DNA of 63,890 nucleotides, the filler included, from Octopus bimaculoides (lineage: Eukaryota): assembly GCF_001194135.2 (NCBI RefSeq). It is 6 parts of 6 records of this genome, joined end to end, with 100 filler letters (N's around TTAATTAATTAA, not from the genome) between each part and the next. Parts side by side here need not be neighbours in the genome. Positions count along the whole stretch, not along the records: positions 5,175 to 21,612 come from NC_068995.1; positions 21,713 to 36,774 come from NC_068990.1; 4 more parts are not named here. One strand, 5' to 3'. The notes under the pieces are model-generated. The model was given only the letters and a program-made list of their open reading frames with translations, did not search any database and was not told where the DNA came from. The first letter of the stretch is position 1. Each line of letters starts with the position of its first letter. The position numbers and the translations under genes were made by a program. Shown here piece by piece: positions 11,196 to 22,977 of the stretch.

Positions 11196-13560
11196 ACGAA
11201 GAGATCAAAATTATCAAGCTTTTTGAACTTGATTTGTTCTTGGTGTTAACCATAGATTCGTCCTGTTGGGATGGTCTATAATCAAAGACGTTCCAATATT
11301 GATCATCCTACTTTTTTTAAGCCAAAGTGGATAAGTGTTCAAGGACTATCTCATCGAGTGCGTCTTTATCAGACGCCTTGCGTATTACTTGAGGGTATAA
11401 TCTGGTAAGTATTCCATTTCAGACCAAAAAAGTGGAGTATGGAACTCATCGCTGAGCTTGTATTCCTCATGTATGAGAGTGAACACTTGCTATTCATGCG
11501 TTAGTTATGATACTCACTGTTTATGTGTAACATATCAGCAACATCTCAAATCAGCATTAATCGAATCTATGTTTCCCTTTTAGAATCACACATACATCAG
11601 CACTATTCGAATGTTATGGGTTGCCTTTATATTAGAGATCGATCAGCGCTATTTGAATCTGTTTTTTTTTTATATATATTTCAGTTCGACCAGCACCATT
11701 TGAACGCGAACCTCTCTTTACACTTCAGCTTCAAGAGCATTATGGGAACGGCAGTTTTTCTTTATATTTGAAATCGATCAGCATTATTCGAAAGTGATTT
11801 TTTTCTCCTTCAGAGTCTCGGATAGATATCTCTGCGCTATTAGAAAAGTCTTCAATCCACCATTGCTAAAGCATTTTTCGGGTCTAGAAATGTGAAAACC
11901 AAAATCTTGTGCAGGATCATCACAAAAAAAAAGATGTTTGAATAGTGTTATGGCTTTAGTTTATATACACCCAGGTTAGTCCTAACGAAAGAAGCCAACG
12001 TGAAAATTGCAAACCAACTATGACCAAAGCCATCTACTTACTTAGTAAATAAAAATGTCACACTTCATAATAAAGAGGAATTGATGTCGCTTGGGTTACG
12101 ATAAAAGAGACGTGAACAAAATAAGTAATAACACTAAGCTATTTAGTGTGTTGGTGAGTGGAGGTCAATATTATTTTCTTATATCTTAATGTTTGTTTTT
12201 TTGTTAAGGTGGGGAGGATTAACTCATCTCTAGAGGGCAGTAGACGAAGTGGCAGTATTATATTTACAACGATTCAGGTAAATGTACCACTTACATGCGA
12301 AATTTATGTTGTAGCTTATTTATAAGAATTTCAGTGTTTACAGTTTTCATTGAAGAAACAAAGCTTTCCGTATAAGATGACAACTAGCTAAATAGGTTCT
12401 TATATCAAAAGTCTACACGGCTGATCTCACCATAGAATGTCTATGTGTTTGGAACTTGTTCGACTTTTCCTGCAAACTTTTATTGGTTGTGCTTGCTTTT
12501 TTTTTTTCATTTTTATTTTTACGTATTACAAATTTCAAAAGTGGCTTTTCAAAAAACAAAGAAAAAATACAAAAAAAAAAGAAAATCCGTCTGGGCCACA
12601 TCGGTTATCTAAATAAAAGGATTCTAGATTTTGATTGGTCTTAATATAAACTGAATTCTCCGCTAAGTTTACGCTTAATTGAGAGCTAACTGGAGTGGTT
12701 GGGATTCATGTAATACTTAAGAGTCACAAAACTAGGTTCCGTATTTCATACACAAAACACACATAGGTACATTTACATAAGTACACAGTCACACACACAC
12801 ACATACACACGCATATTCACGCACATGGGCATTCATACAATAAAACCAGTTGTTTAATGCATCTTTAGCAAGCAGATATAACTATCAAAATGTAGTCAAC
12901 TAATGTTTATCGACCACCATTTGATACTTTTGAGTAATTAGATTGCAAAATAAAGTGAACTCTTTTCATCAAACAGAGACGCGCTACTATTAGAGAGATT
13001 TTATCTCTTGTATTTCTGAAAACGCGAAGTCCATAGCATACCAACGCACACATTGCGGGACTAATATCCCGGTGTGGAACTCAGTATACGTATATGCCAG
13101 AACGAAGCGTTAGCTGGTAGATTGTTTGAAGTGATGTATAATTTTAATGTATTTAATGTATTAAGGCGGTAGTCAAGATTTTGGATAAAAATTATTTATT
13201 TAGCGCTTTCATCTCTTTTGAGATGAATCTCTCAAAAGATGTGAAATTGCTAAAAAAATATTTTTTTGTTTCAAAATCTTGACTATCTCATTTTTCTCAA
13301 TACATACATACACTTATATATGCATACACACGCACACGTTTACATACACACGTGGTGCATGTTATGAGAGCATACTCTTTCGCCAGTGACGGTTGGCTTA
13401 AATGATTGCATGTATACATGCATATTTAAATATATGCATATTTGTGTATATGTATGTATATAAACCTATGCAATGAATAAAAATGACAAATTTAACAAAC
13501 AAAAATCAATCGATTTTCAACGTTTATTGAGGTCTCTTAGGTAGCAGGAAACTATACATA

Positions 13561-13672
13561 TTCTTTTCTACTCAAGGTACGAGGCCTGAAATTTTGGGGG
13601 AGGGAGCCAGTCAATTAGATCGTACGAAATTGGTAGTTAATTTATTGACCCGGGAATTGATCTCAGAACGCA
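13561..13672 (-). mobile_element. SINE family A fragment
   Basis: TTCTTTTCTACTC..GGCCTGAAATTTTGGGGGAGGG..TCTCAGAACG with an internal deletion. Confidence 0.75.
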
Positions 13673-14582
13673 GGGATAAATAGGTACTGAAAGATGCTGT
13701 CGTCTAACATCCAACAATTTTTTGCCTATGGGCTGCGTTGAATAGAATTAAAGTTTGATTAATAAACGTGAAGCATGGCTATAGTTCAATGAATGGTACG
13801 AGGGAGAGGATAAAAGATCATGCGCCAGAGCTAATCAATTTGCTGTGTAACTAAGACGAAAATACGATGGTTTCGTTTCAAATACGTAGCAAAACTTACA
13901 AATCAATTAACTGCGGAGATTTTCAATGTAACACGATATTTGAAATTATAGAAAACCGATTCAAGGTAGAAAAGAGAAACAGACCTACTTCTGGGACATT
14001 TGACCGATTTGTCAAATTTCAGTGAACAAATTTCAGACAGTCAAGTGAATAAATTTCAGACAGAAGCATTTTTATTTCTTTCTTTTCAGCGTGCTATTTT
14101 ATTTTGAATTTTATTCCTTGTTTCTTTTCATTTATATTACAGTTTTTTTAATGTTTTGTTTTCATATAAGTTACATCATTTTAGCTCATTTTTTTTCCTT
14201 GCTTCACTCATATTGTTATGGTTATTTGGCATTCAAAAATTATCTTGAACAAATAATATATATATATAAAAAAAGGTGTTAATACAGATTTATTGCAATA
14301 TATTTTATGATTTTGACAAAAGTAAATTTATATGACACTGGGGATATAAAATTTAAATTTTCTCAAAAGTGGGAAAAAAATGACATCTAGGTTAGAAAAT
14401 TAAGCGTAAAAACCTTTTGTGCCACGTATAGTCTTCGTTTCTTTATTTGTATTTTAAAAAATAAAGTTAAAGCTGTGATGATTTAATATAATCGCACACA
14501 CATATATGTGCATGTGTATATATATATATGTGAATACACATATGTGCATATATCTAATTTCGTTATAGAAACTAACATGGAT

Positions 14583-14583
14583 A

Positions 14584-14622
<39 letters not shown>

Positions 14623-14821
14623 CCTTCCTACTGTAGGCACAAGGCCTGAAATTTAGGGGTGGGGATTTCATCAACCCTCAGTGTTTCGCTGGTACTAAAT
14701 TTATCGACACCAAAAGGATGGAAAGCGAAGTCAACCTTGGCGGAATTTGAACTTAGAACGTAGCGGCAGACGAAAGGCATTTCGCCCGGCGTGCTAACCG
14801 GTTCTGCCAGTTCACTACCTT
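14583..14821 (-). mobile_element. SINE family A, full length with microsatellite tail
   Basis: (TAA)n at 14583-14621, then GGCACAAGGCC..GGAATTTGAAC..GTGCTAAC..CTGCCAG. Confidence 0.88.
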
Positions 14822-16011
14822 AATAAGAATAAGAATAACAAGATCGGGTCGAAAGGTTTTGGAGTGAGAGAAATGTAAGATTTTGTAGGTTGTTCCTGTT
14901 CAAACGCACATGAAGCTAGAAAATAATAAACCAGACATAACAATAACACACAAGAAAATGAGAAGTTGCTTAAGAATTGATCCATCGCGTCCGTTTCATT
15001 CCAGGATCTTAAAGAAAGAGGATGAAAAAAAATATATATATATCCGGAATTGTAGAACTATCGAACGCGTCCTTCCTATTCCATAAAACCACTGGGTAGC
15101 ATCTAACTGTGATTTAACAACTATTTCTAGATAGACAATCTACCTCTTAGAGGCTTTCTGCAGTGAGCTTCCAAAATCTCTCTTTTCATAGATCATACGA
15201 ACACTTCAAGCTACGTAAGCCAAGAAATTACGGAGTGGGAGGTTTATGTTCTTATTTCAATGATTCTCAATAAATTTATTGAATTTTTAATGAAATTACG
15301 TCTTGAAATCAACGAGAAATATTTGGTTAGACATAAATCGTCTTTATTTCATTAGTTTAATAACAACTTAAAAATTAAAAAGCAAGATGCAAAGAATATG
15401 AAAATAAACATGATAAGTCTGTCAGAGCTATGGCTGATATTACAATAAATCTTAAACTCAACATATCAACCAAATAAGGAGTAGGTATAATTGCTATGAT
15501 ACCCACGGTAGTACATACCTAAACTACTAAATAACATCAAATAGCGCTATCTTAATAGAAGATAACAGAACTGAACAAATCGTCATTGCTCTTTCATTAC
15601 CTATCTGTAATCAGCGAATATTGCGCCTTCATTTATTGAAATTTTTAATGAATGACTTAATAAAACTCCAATGTTTATTTGTTTGCATGGCTGGAGCTAC
15701 GCACTCAACGATCGTATGTAAACGCTAAAATCGAGGCCGTCACAAACAACTCGCACACAACTTACTTCACTGAAAAAAACACACGAATAATTAGTAATAA
15801 ACAGAGCAAATAATGTTACTCCGAGAACAAAGAAGAGCAGTGAACAAGAGGACAAGGGTGGGTGGCGGCTTAGTCCAGAGGTTCCTATGGTCATATGACA
15901 TGTCACATAATTTGGCATGAAACAGCAAATTTTCTCTAGCAAAAGATTTGATTTGTGTTATGCATAATCATATCATGCTCTCTATCATAATCAGTATCAT
16001 ACATTATAAGT

Positions 16012-16400
16012 GAAGGCGTATGATTGAGGTTGTTATTAAGGTATTCAGCCCACGATCGGTCATAGGATCGCGGTTTCGATTCCCAGACCGGGCGTTGTGG
16101 GTGTTTATTGAGCGAAAACACCTAAATCTCCACGAGGCTCTGGCAGGGGGATGGTGGTGAACCCTGCTGTACTCTTCCGCCACAACTTTCTCTCATTCTT
16201 ACTTCCTGTTTCTGTTGTGCCTGTAATTCAAAGGGTCAGCCTTGTCCACACTGTGTCACGCTGAATATCCCCGAGAACAACGTAAAGGGTACACGTGTCA
16301 GTGGAGTGCTCAGCCACTTGCACGTTAATTTCACGAGCAGGTTGGTCCGTTGATCGGATCAACTGGAACCCTCGACGTCGTAAGCGACGGAGTGCCAACA
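16012..16400 (+). mobile_element. tRNA-derived SINE, family E, followed by (TGTA)n
   Basis: GAAGGCGTATG head, B-box GGTTTCGATTCC, CCGGGCG like family C, distinct 3' body ending CGACGGAGTGCCAACA, then a microsatellite. Confidence 0.7.
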
Positions 16401-16873
16401 TGTATGTATGTATGTATGTATGTATGTATGTATGTTTGGAAGGGTGAACATATGGATGGATTAATGAATAGATGAATGATTGTTTGTCTGTATGGAGATT
16501 TCTCTTTCACGTGTTTATCTTCATTTTGATTCGCTTTCTTCCAGAACGTTTCATTCATGTGCAACTTTCTCAGTTCTACACTGAATACTTTCTATGGATT
16601 CTAGCTGAAAAGCGTAACAAAACATTCTCACTTACATCCATAAGTTAATAGTTAACAAACCAAGCAGATCAATTAATAGGAACATTTTTCACGCTTTTTA
16701 CTCTTAACTAGGCTTTTAATACAATCGGCAATATTAATAATTCATAAAATAAAACGGGCAATCCCTTTCACTGATTAGAGATCAAAGAAATTATTTTAAG
16801 CTAAGCAATTTCCATGCTCCTAAAAATATATTAAAATATAATATATAATATAATAAAATATAATATAAGGCCC

Positions 16874-17308
16874 AGGAGTGGCTGTGTGGTAAGTAGCTTG
16901 CTTACTAACCACATGGTTCCGGGTTCAGTCCTACTGCGTAGCACCTAGGGCAAGTGTCTTCTACTATAGCCTNNNNNNNNNNCCTAGGGCAAGTGTCTTC
17001 TACTATAGCCTCGGGCCGACCAAAGCCTTGTGAGTGGATTTGGTAGATGGAAACTGAAAGAAGCCCGTCGTATATATTTATATGTATATATATATATGTG
17101 TGTGTTTGTGTGTCTCTGTTTGTCCCCCCACCCAACATCGATTGACAACCGATGCTGGTGTGTTTCCGTCCCCGTAACTTAGCGGTTCGGCAAAAGAGGC
17201 CAATAGAATAAGTACTAGGCTTACAAAGAATAAGTCCTGGGGTTGATCTGCTCGACTAAAGGCGGTGCTCCAGCATGACCGCAGCCAAATGACTGAAACA
17301 AGCAAGAA
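16874..17308 (+). mobile_element. SINE family B, full length (best copy)
   Basis: A-box TGGCTGTGTGG, B-box GGTTCAGTCC, CORE-like GGGCAAGTGTCTTCT, internal microsatellite, tail GGCGGTGCTCCAGCATG..TGACTGAAACAAG. It contains a 10-N gap with a duplicated flank. Confidence 0.92.
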
Positions 17309-18299
17309 AACGACTTAATGGCTTTAAGCTCCGTACATAGCCATCTATCACCCACTTCCGTCCCCTTTCGACTATGGCGTCCAATTAAAATGTTCTAACG
17401 CCAATGGTGGCGGGAGCAGGTTCCACCCACTTTAAAAAGTCCTAATGCAGATATTAAAAGAACTTACTTAAAGAATTTATGATATTCGTATTAAATAAAA
17501 TACGAGTCAACCCGAGAGGAAAATTATCTGGGACGACTAGTAATGTTATGAAGAGAAACAGACTTAAGTGACTTGCACCAAATAACGGCTTTCAAGCACT
17601 TCGAAACCAATGAACTTGAAAGGGTACAACACTCAAATCAAAGAAAAAGGTTACTTAATGGAGGACTTTCATTCTTATTTTACTTTTCACGAACCTGGTA
17701 CCCATTGCCTTTTGATGTTTAAAAAACCCTGTTATATTTTCATAAATGTTATTGGAAATTGGATTAACAATTTCTAAAAATATTTTCTATATTGTACAAG
17801 TATAACTGATTTTATTGCACGTAAATTTTAACAACAAAATCTTATGTTAACATCTGAGAGACATATGGACCCTATATGTGAACCACTGACTTGAAAGAGA
17901 TAAATGAAAATTAACGTAATGCATATCAATATTCTGGCTGTCTTTCTATTAATTCACAAGGATAACATTCTCCACGGGGCGATAAACGAATTAGCAAGCC
18001 TTGATTGCGAAGCTTTCACCATTCGAAAATATGATTCATAATAATTATATTTAGCGCGATTATGCAGAAATGGAGAACATATGTAATTAGCAAACGACTA
18101 TACAAAATTCAGAGAAGGTTATTAGCTTAAGACCAATGATGGAAACTTAATACAAACAGTTGCATACATGAACAAGCAACGATCTGTTTTCCTAAAATAA
18201 ACTAAACTAAAATAAAATAAAAATTAAAGTGCAAATACTTGTGAGGAGACATGCTAGTCAACGACACGAATTGTGAAAATGTTACAAATTAAACCAAGA

Positions 18300-20097
18300 A
18301 TGGGTGACGAGAATTCCGAACTAAATGTATAGGAAGGGTTACCATTACATGGTGAGTATCTGAAAAGGTGAAAATAGTTCAAATAGCCAAAGAATATGGC
18401 AGCATTGTATGTTAGGCGTAGAGCTCAAAGCTAACAAAAGATGCTTGATTGCAGCTCTGCATCGTAGTCGTCTTATAAATCCAACTGAAGCATGTAATGA
18501 AGCAGAATACGAGGTGGTATCAAAACGTTCCCGGACTAGGTCTGTAGCGCACCAATAGATGGCAGCACACGGCTGCGTGTGCAGTGAGATCTAGTAGTAA
18601 CCTTCTTGAAGCAGTGTGCGAATGCTATCGCTGTATTTTCTTAGGAAGTTCTGAAATTTATGTTTTTGTGATAACGGTTTTGCTGTAGTCTGCGAGTTTT
18701 GTCATGGACAGGAACAAAGAGACAGCGTGAAATTTTTGCGTTAAACTTAGGAAGTCTGCAACAGAGACATTGAGAATTCTTTAGCAAGCTTACGGCAATG
18801 TGTCGTATGTAAGGTTCCGAATGGTACGGGCGATTCAAAAGAGCAAGAACGTTCCTGGAAGACGATGAATGATCTGGAAAACATTTCACGAGAGTCAACT
18901 CTGGAAATGTGGTATTGTGCATCGAGTAATCGTACCCCGGGGCCAGACCGTCAGTCGAGAGTTCTGCTGCGACGATTTGAACCGTTTGAGGGAGGACATT
19001 TCATGAACGTGACTGGATATGTGGGAGGCGAATTATTGGATTCTTCACCGAACTATCCTCACTCGTGAGTTTCTCGTCAAAGACAACATGGCAGCGCTTC
19101 TGCACCCACCCTATCCGCAAGATTTCGTACCTGTGGACTTCCATCTTTTCCCAAAGATTAAAATGTAGCTCAAAGGAAGCCGTTTTAATACCATTGCCGA
19201 AATCAAGAGCGAATCGCAGAAGGTCCTCGACTCACTTACGGAAAACGACTTCCAGGCCGTATTCCAAAACTGGCAGGAACGCTGGGACCGGTGTATTGCT
19301 GCAGGGGTGACCATGTTGAAGATGTTAAAACTTAGGTAAATAAGTTATTATTTTTTTTATTAAACTTAACTAGTCCGGGATATCGCTTCGTATGTTAAAT
19401 ACTGCAGAATCTGTGAACTTTGAGGAAAAGAATTAATTACATTATATTTAGTAACCTAGTTATGGCAAAGAAAGAATATATCTAGTTACGAGAATATTGA
19501 GGCCTTCATGAACTGGACGTTATGTTAGCAGCATGAACGTTCACAGAAAGGATATGGCATAGAGATACACTGAAATATACGCAGAATTATACATAGTTTA
19601 GGATACGTTGTTTCAAACAGACAGGAAGAAAAAGTCGATTGACAGAATATTCCAGTTAAGGACCACCAGAAACGAAAGTTCTTCTTTATCAAAGGATTGA
19701 ATATCTCGACAGACGATAGTTAATGTCGACCAAAGCAAATGGAAAAATTATCGAAATATATATTAACCTAGAAATTGAGAAATGTAGAAGCCTAGAACTT
19801 GAGAAATCCAGATTGTGGGGCCTGAAAGCAGAAACACTATATTATATTAATAGGTGCTTTGGGAGTGATTAAAAAAAAGTGCGATAAATAAATACATACA
19901 TAAGTAAAAAATACATAATCAAAACACCAGCTCATACAAATATACACATCATATACAATCAAGTACTTCAGGGAATTGCACACATTTTAAGCGAAGTACT
20001 TTCAAATATCATAGAAAACAAGACACGTTGCACTTGCTCAAAGCCATCCGTGGCGTTTTGGTTGGGAAAACAATCTACGCAATAAGAATAAGGTTAT

Positions 20098-20100
<3 letters not shown>
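18300..20100 (+). mobile_element. Strongly decayed R4-like 3' half, interrupted by a mariner, ending at (AAT)n
   Basis: LPLHGEYLKR (~18340), ELKANKRCLIAA (~18420), CRIC (~19400), AKKEY, SRLWGLKAE..IGALGVIKK (~19800-19880), GIAHILSEVLS (~19975-20005), then (AAT)n at 20100-20177. Confidence 0.6.
18510..19390 (+). mobile_element. Internally deleted mariner transposon with TA duplication
   Basis: Left TIR CGAGGTGGTATCAAAACGTTCCCGGACTAG, partly deleted right TIR CTAGTCCGGGATATCGCTTCG, TA on both sides; remnants KFCVKL, EDDE, GIVHRV.VPRGQTV, HPPYPQDFVPVDFHLFPK, WQERWDRCI. Confidence 0.9.
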
Positions 20101-20178
<78 letters not shown>

Positions 20179-20384
20179 GGTGCATTTGGGAATGTTCGAA
20201 GAAGATGATGCAGTAAAATGCATAATGCGTTAGCAAAACAAGGAACGGGCACTGATTGGCTGTGCGTGCGTTTTTACATACAGTACTTTAAAAACAATTT
20301 AAAATATTAGACGGAACGAGAATACTGTACGCAGGCACGTGATAGCGCTGGTCGCACCTGCGCAGTAACGTAACGCAATGGAAT

Positions 20385-20394
20385 AATAATAATG

Positions 20395-20462
<68 letters not shown>

Positions 20463-20480
20463 AAGAAGAAGAAGAAGAAG
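20385..20480. repeat. Compound (AAT)n(AAG)n microsatellite
   Basis: Direct read. Confidence 0.9.
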
Positions 20481-20741
20481 GTTATAGAGAGTGAAAATGT
20501 GCTATTATTGTAGGTTTTACCAAACCACACAGAACCATAGATCAAAGTAATTCGATCGGTCATTGTTGCTGTTAACGACAAAAGAAACGAAACGCCTTTG
20601 AAGCAAAGTATCCTTCCCCAAAGACAGTAATATACATATAGGCATGCTTATATACGTACATACATACATACATGCATGCATAAATACATGACTACATGCA
20701 GACACACACACATACATACACATATACATACATATGTGGTA

Positions 20742-20806
<65 letters not shown>

Positions 20807-21259
20807 GTATACACACATACATGCATAGTTACACACACACACACACGCACGCACACATACACACACACACACACACACACATATATATTTATACGAAATA
20901 TTTGGAAATAAAGGTACGCAAAATCTGATAGTTGAATACAGAAACGACGGCATTGTAACTGTTTGGGGAATTATCTAGTAACATTCAAAGAGGTATAACA
21001 TATACTCTCACACACACTCAAGCGCACGCGCACACGCTCCCGTACACACGCACGCGCAAACTCACAGAGGTACACATTAATGGACAAGCACGCACACATT
21101 CACAGGCAATGCATGTTAGTGCAGTCAGTTACTGCATACATAGTTATTTCGAGTATATTCAGATACCCAAGACAGACGAGGCTGCGCATTGTTGAGCGCG
21201 TACAATACTTGATGAATGATAATAATAATAATAAAAGGTATGAACAATAACGGGACGTC

Positions 21260-21515
21260 AGAAACATGTAGAGAACATCCCAGGAGAAACATGTCTCAGA
21301 GAAATCTAAAAGGTTGTACTGAGAAGTACTGCCCTCACATTTCGAATAATTCTATCAATTTAAATGTCTGTGTTGTATTACATGAAGTTATTTCGCCACT
21401 GCCCCTGCCACTACACACCTCCCACAAGCTATCAGTCATACTGTAACATCTATCCTTCACTCGCTCTAGGGTGCTGGGTGTGTCTCGACAACTGCTTGTA
21501 ACAAACATGCAGATT
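21260..21515 (+). mobile_element. 5'-truncated 3' end of the same R4 family as 85-370, embedded in (TAA)n
   Basis: Aligns with the reverse complement of ~120-370 (CCCAGGAGAA.CATGTC.CAGAGAAAT..TCAATTTAAATGTCTG..TCAGTCATACT..TATCCTTCACTCGC); TAA repeats on both sides. Confidence 0.85.
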
Positions 21516-21522
21516 AAAACTA

Positions 21523-21574
<52 letters not shown>

Positions 21575-21712
21575 GTAGTAGTAGGAGGAGGAGGAGGAGG
21601 AGGAGGAGGAGGNNNNNNNNNNNNNNNNNNNNNNNNNNNNNNNNNNNNNNNNNNNNTTAATTAATTAANNNNNNNNNNNNNNNNNNNNNNNNNNNNNNNN
21701 NNNNNNNNNNNN

Positions 21713-21914
21713 CTCCTCACTAACCATCTTGTACTGACTTTCTCATCTACCCTCCTCACTAACCATCTTGTACTGACTTTCTCATCTACCCTCCTCACTA
21801 ACCATCTTGTACTGACTTTCTCATCTACCCTCCTCACTAACCATCTTGTACTAACTTTCTCATCGACCCTCCTCACTAACCATCTTGTACTGACTTTCTC
21901 ATCTACCCTCCTCA
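21713..21914. repeat. 39-bp minisatellite, ~5.2 copies, truncated by a gap
   Basis: Unit CTCCTCACTAACCATCTTGTACTGACTTTCTCATCTACC, near-identical copies, no spacers. Confidence 0.95.
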
Positions 21915-22186
21915 TTGATTCTAATACGGACAATCAAACCTCAAAAGTACATCTTTGTACTTATAAATGTTTATATGTTTATAAATTCTTTTATGTAATT
22001 ATGAATTTTTATATGTTTATAAATTTTCCTATGTTTATATATGTTTACAAATCCTTATGAATGTTTATCATGTCTCATATATGTGAACGCATCTATGTAT
22101 ATTGTATACTATGGAGAATTTAGATAATTTGATGTGGATTGACTGAATATATACACCGACGTCTGAAATTCGCTTCTCTCCTTATA

Positions 22187-22658
22187 TAAGATCCAGGGAT
22201 CAAGGTGTAGGAAGAAGGTTAGCTTCAAGCAATCCAGGGCCAATTATGGTTTATTGAGAGGGAAGGTTGTGGATGTTTTACGTATCGATCTACGATAAAC
22301 TGAAAAAGTCCTCTTTACGTTTCACGGTAGGCGACCAGGGTATGCGAATAAGAATACAAGAGTTAAGGAATGGAAGTAGTCAGTATCCAAGTGAGGTGTA
22401 TCCAAGCGCAGGCTACTCGTCAGGCCAAGGGTCTCTTGATTAGATGAAGTTTACATTGTCGCAAGGAGGTACTACTTGTTAACACGCGGAAGAATCGATC
22501 CGATTCGACAATGTAAACTTTCATTCAACCAAGATATCCTTGGCCTGACGAGTAGCCTGCCACATACACCTCGCTTGGACGTTTACCACTTCCGACGTTC
22601 CACTCGCTATGAAACATATGTAGCCCGGATCTTATCTACTCCATTCCGTAACTCTTGT
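22187..22658. mobile_element. Non-coding Penelope-like fold-back element with an intact hammerhead
   Basis: Inner inverted arms at 22386-22461 and 22506-22579, outer arms at 22356-22379 and 22636-22658; homologous to 4548-5013; followed by (GT)(TA)n. Confidence 0.8.
22542..22625 (+). ncRNA. Type I hammerhead ribozyme with a long stem II
   Basis: GGC-CUGACGA-GUAGC(~49 nt)GCUAU-GAAA-CAUAUG-UA^GCC. Stem I GGC/GCC, extendable with AUCC/GGAU; palindromic stem III; GUA cleavage site at 22622. Confidence 0.8.
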
Positions 22659-22732
22659 GTGTATATATATATATATATGACTTATACCCATTAGTCCCAA
22701 AAATTACATACATATATGTGTATGTATGCATT

Positions 22733-22785
22733 TTTTATCTTGTTTCAGTCATTAGACTGCAGCCATGCTGGAGCACCACCTTGAA
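22733..22785 (-). mobile_element. SINE family B 3'-tail fragment
   Basis: TTGTTTCAGTCATTAGACTGCAGCCATGCTGGAGCACCACC. Confidence 0.75.
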
Positions 22786-22809
22786 AATTTCTTTGTCAAA
22801 TTAATCTCC

Positions 22810-22973
22810 ATTTCGTCTGTATTTACATTCTGAGTTCAAAATCCGCCAAGGTCAACTTTGCCTTTTGTCCTTTCGGGGTCGATAAATGAAGTACCAGTAA
22901 AACACTAGGGTCGATGTAATCGACTAGCCCCCTCTCCCAAAATTTCAGGACTTGTGCCTTTAATAGAAAAGAT
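22810..22973 (+). mobile_element. SINE family A, 5'-truncated
   Basis: TTCTGAGTTCAAA..GGGGTCGATAAA..AAGTACCAG..CTTGTGCCTTTAATAGAAAAGA. Confidence 0.88.
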
Positions 22974-22977
22974 TATT

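Noticed and set aside
21713-21914. 39-bp, 51-bp and 13-bp repeats as possible CRISPR arrays
   Set aside because: Units are contiguous with no unique spacers, there are no cas genes, and the context is eukaryotic.
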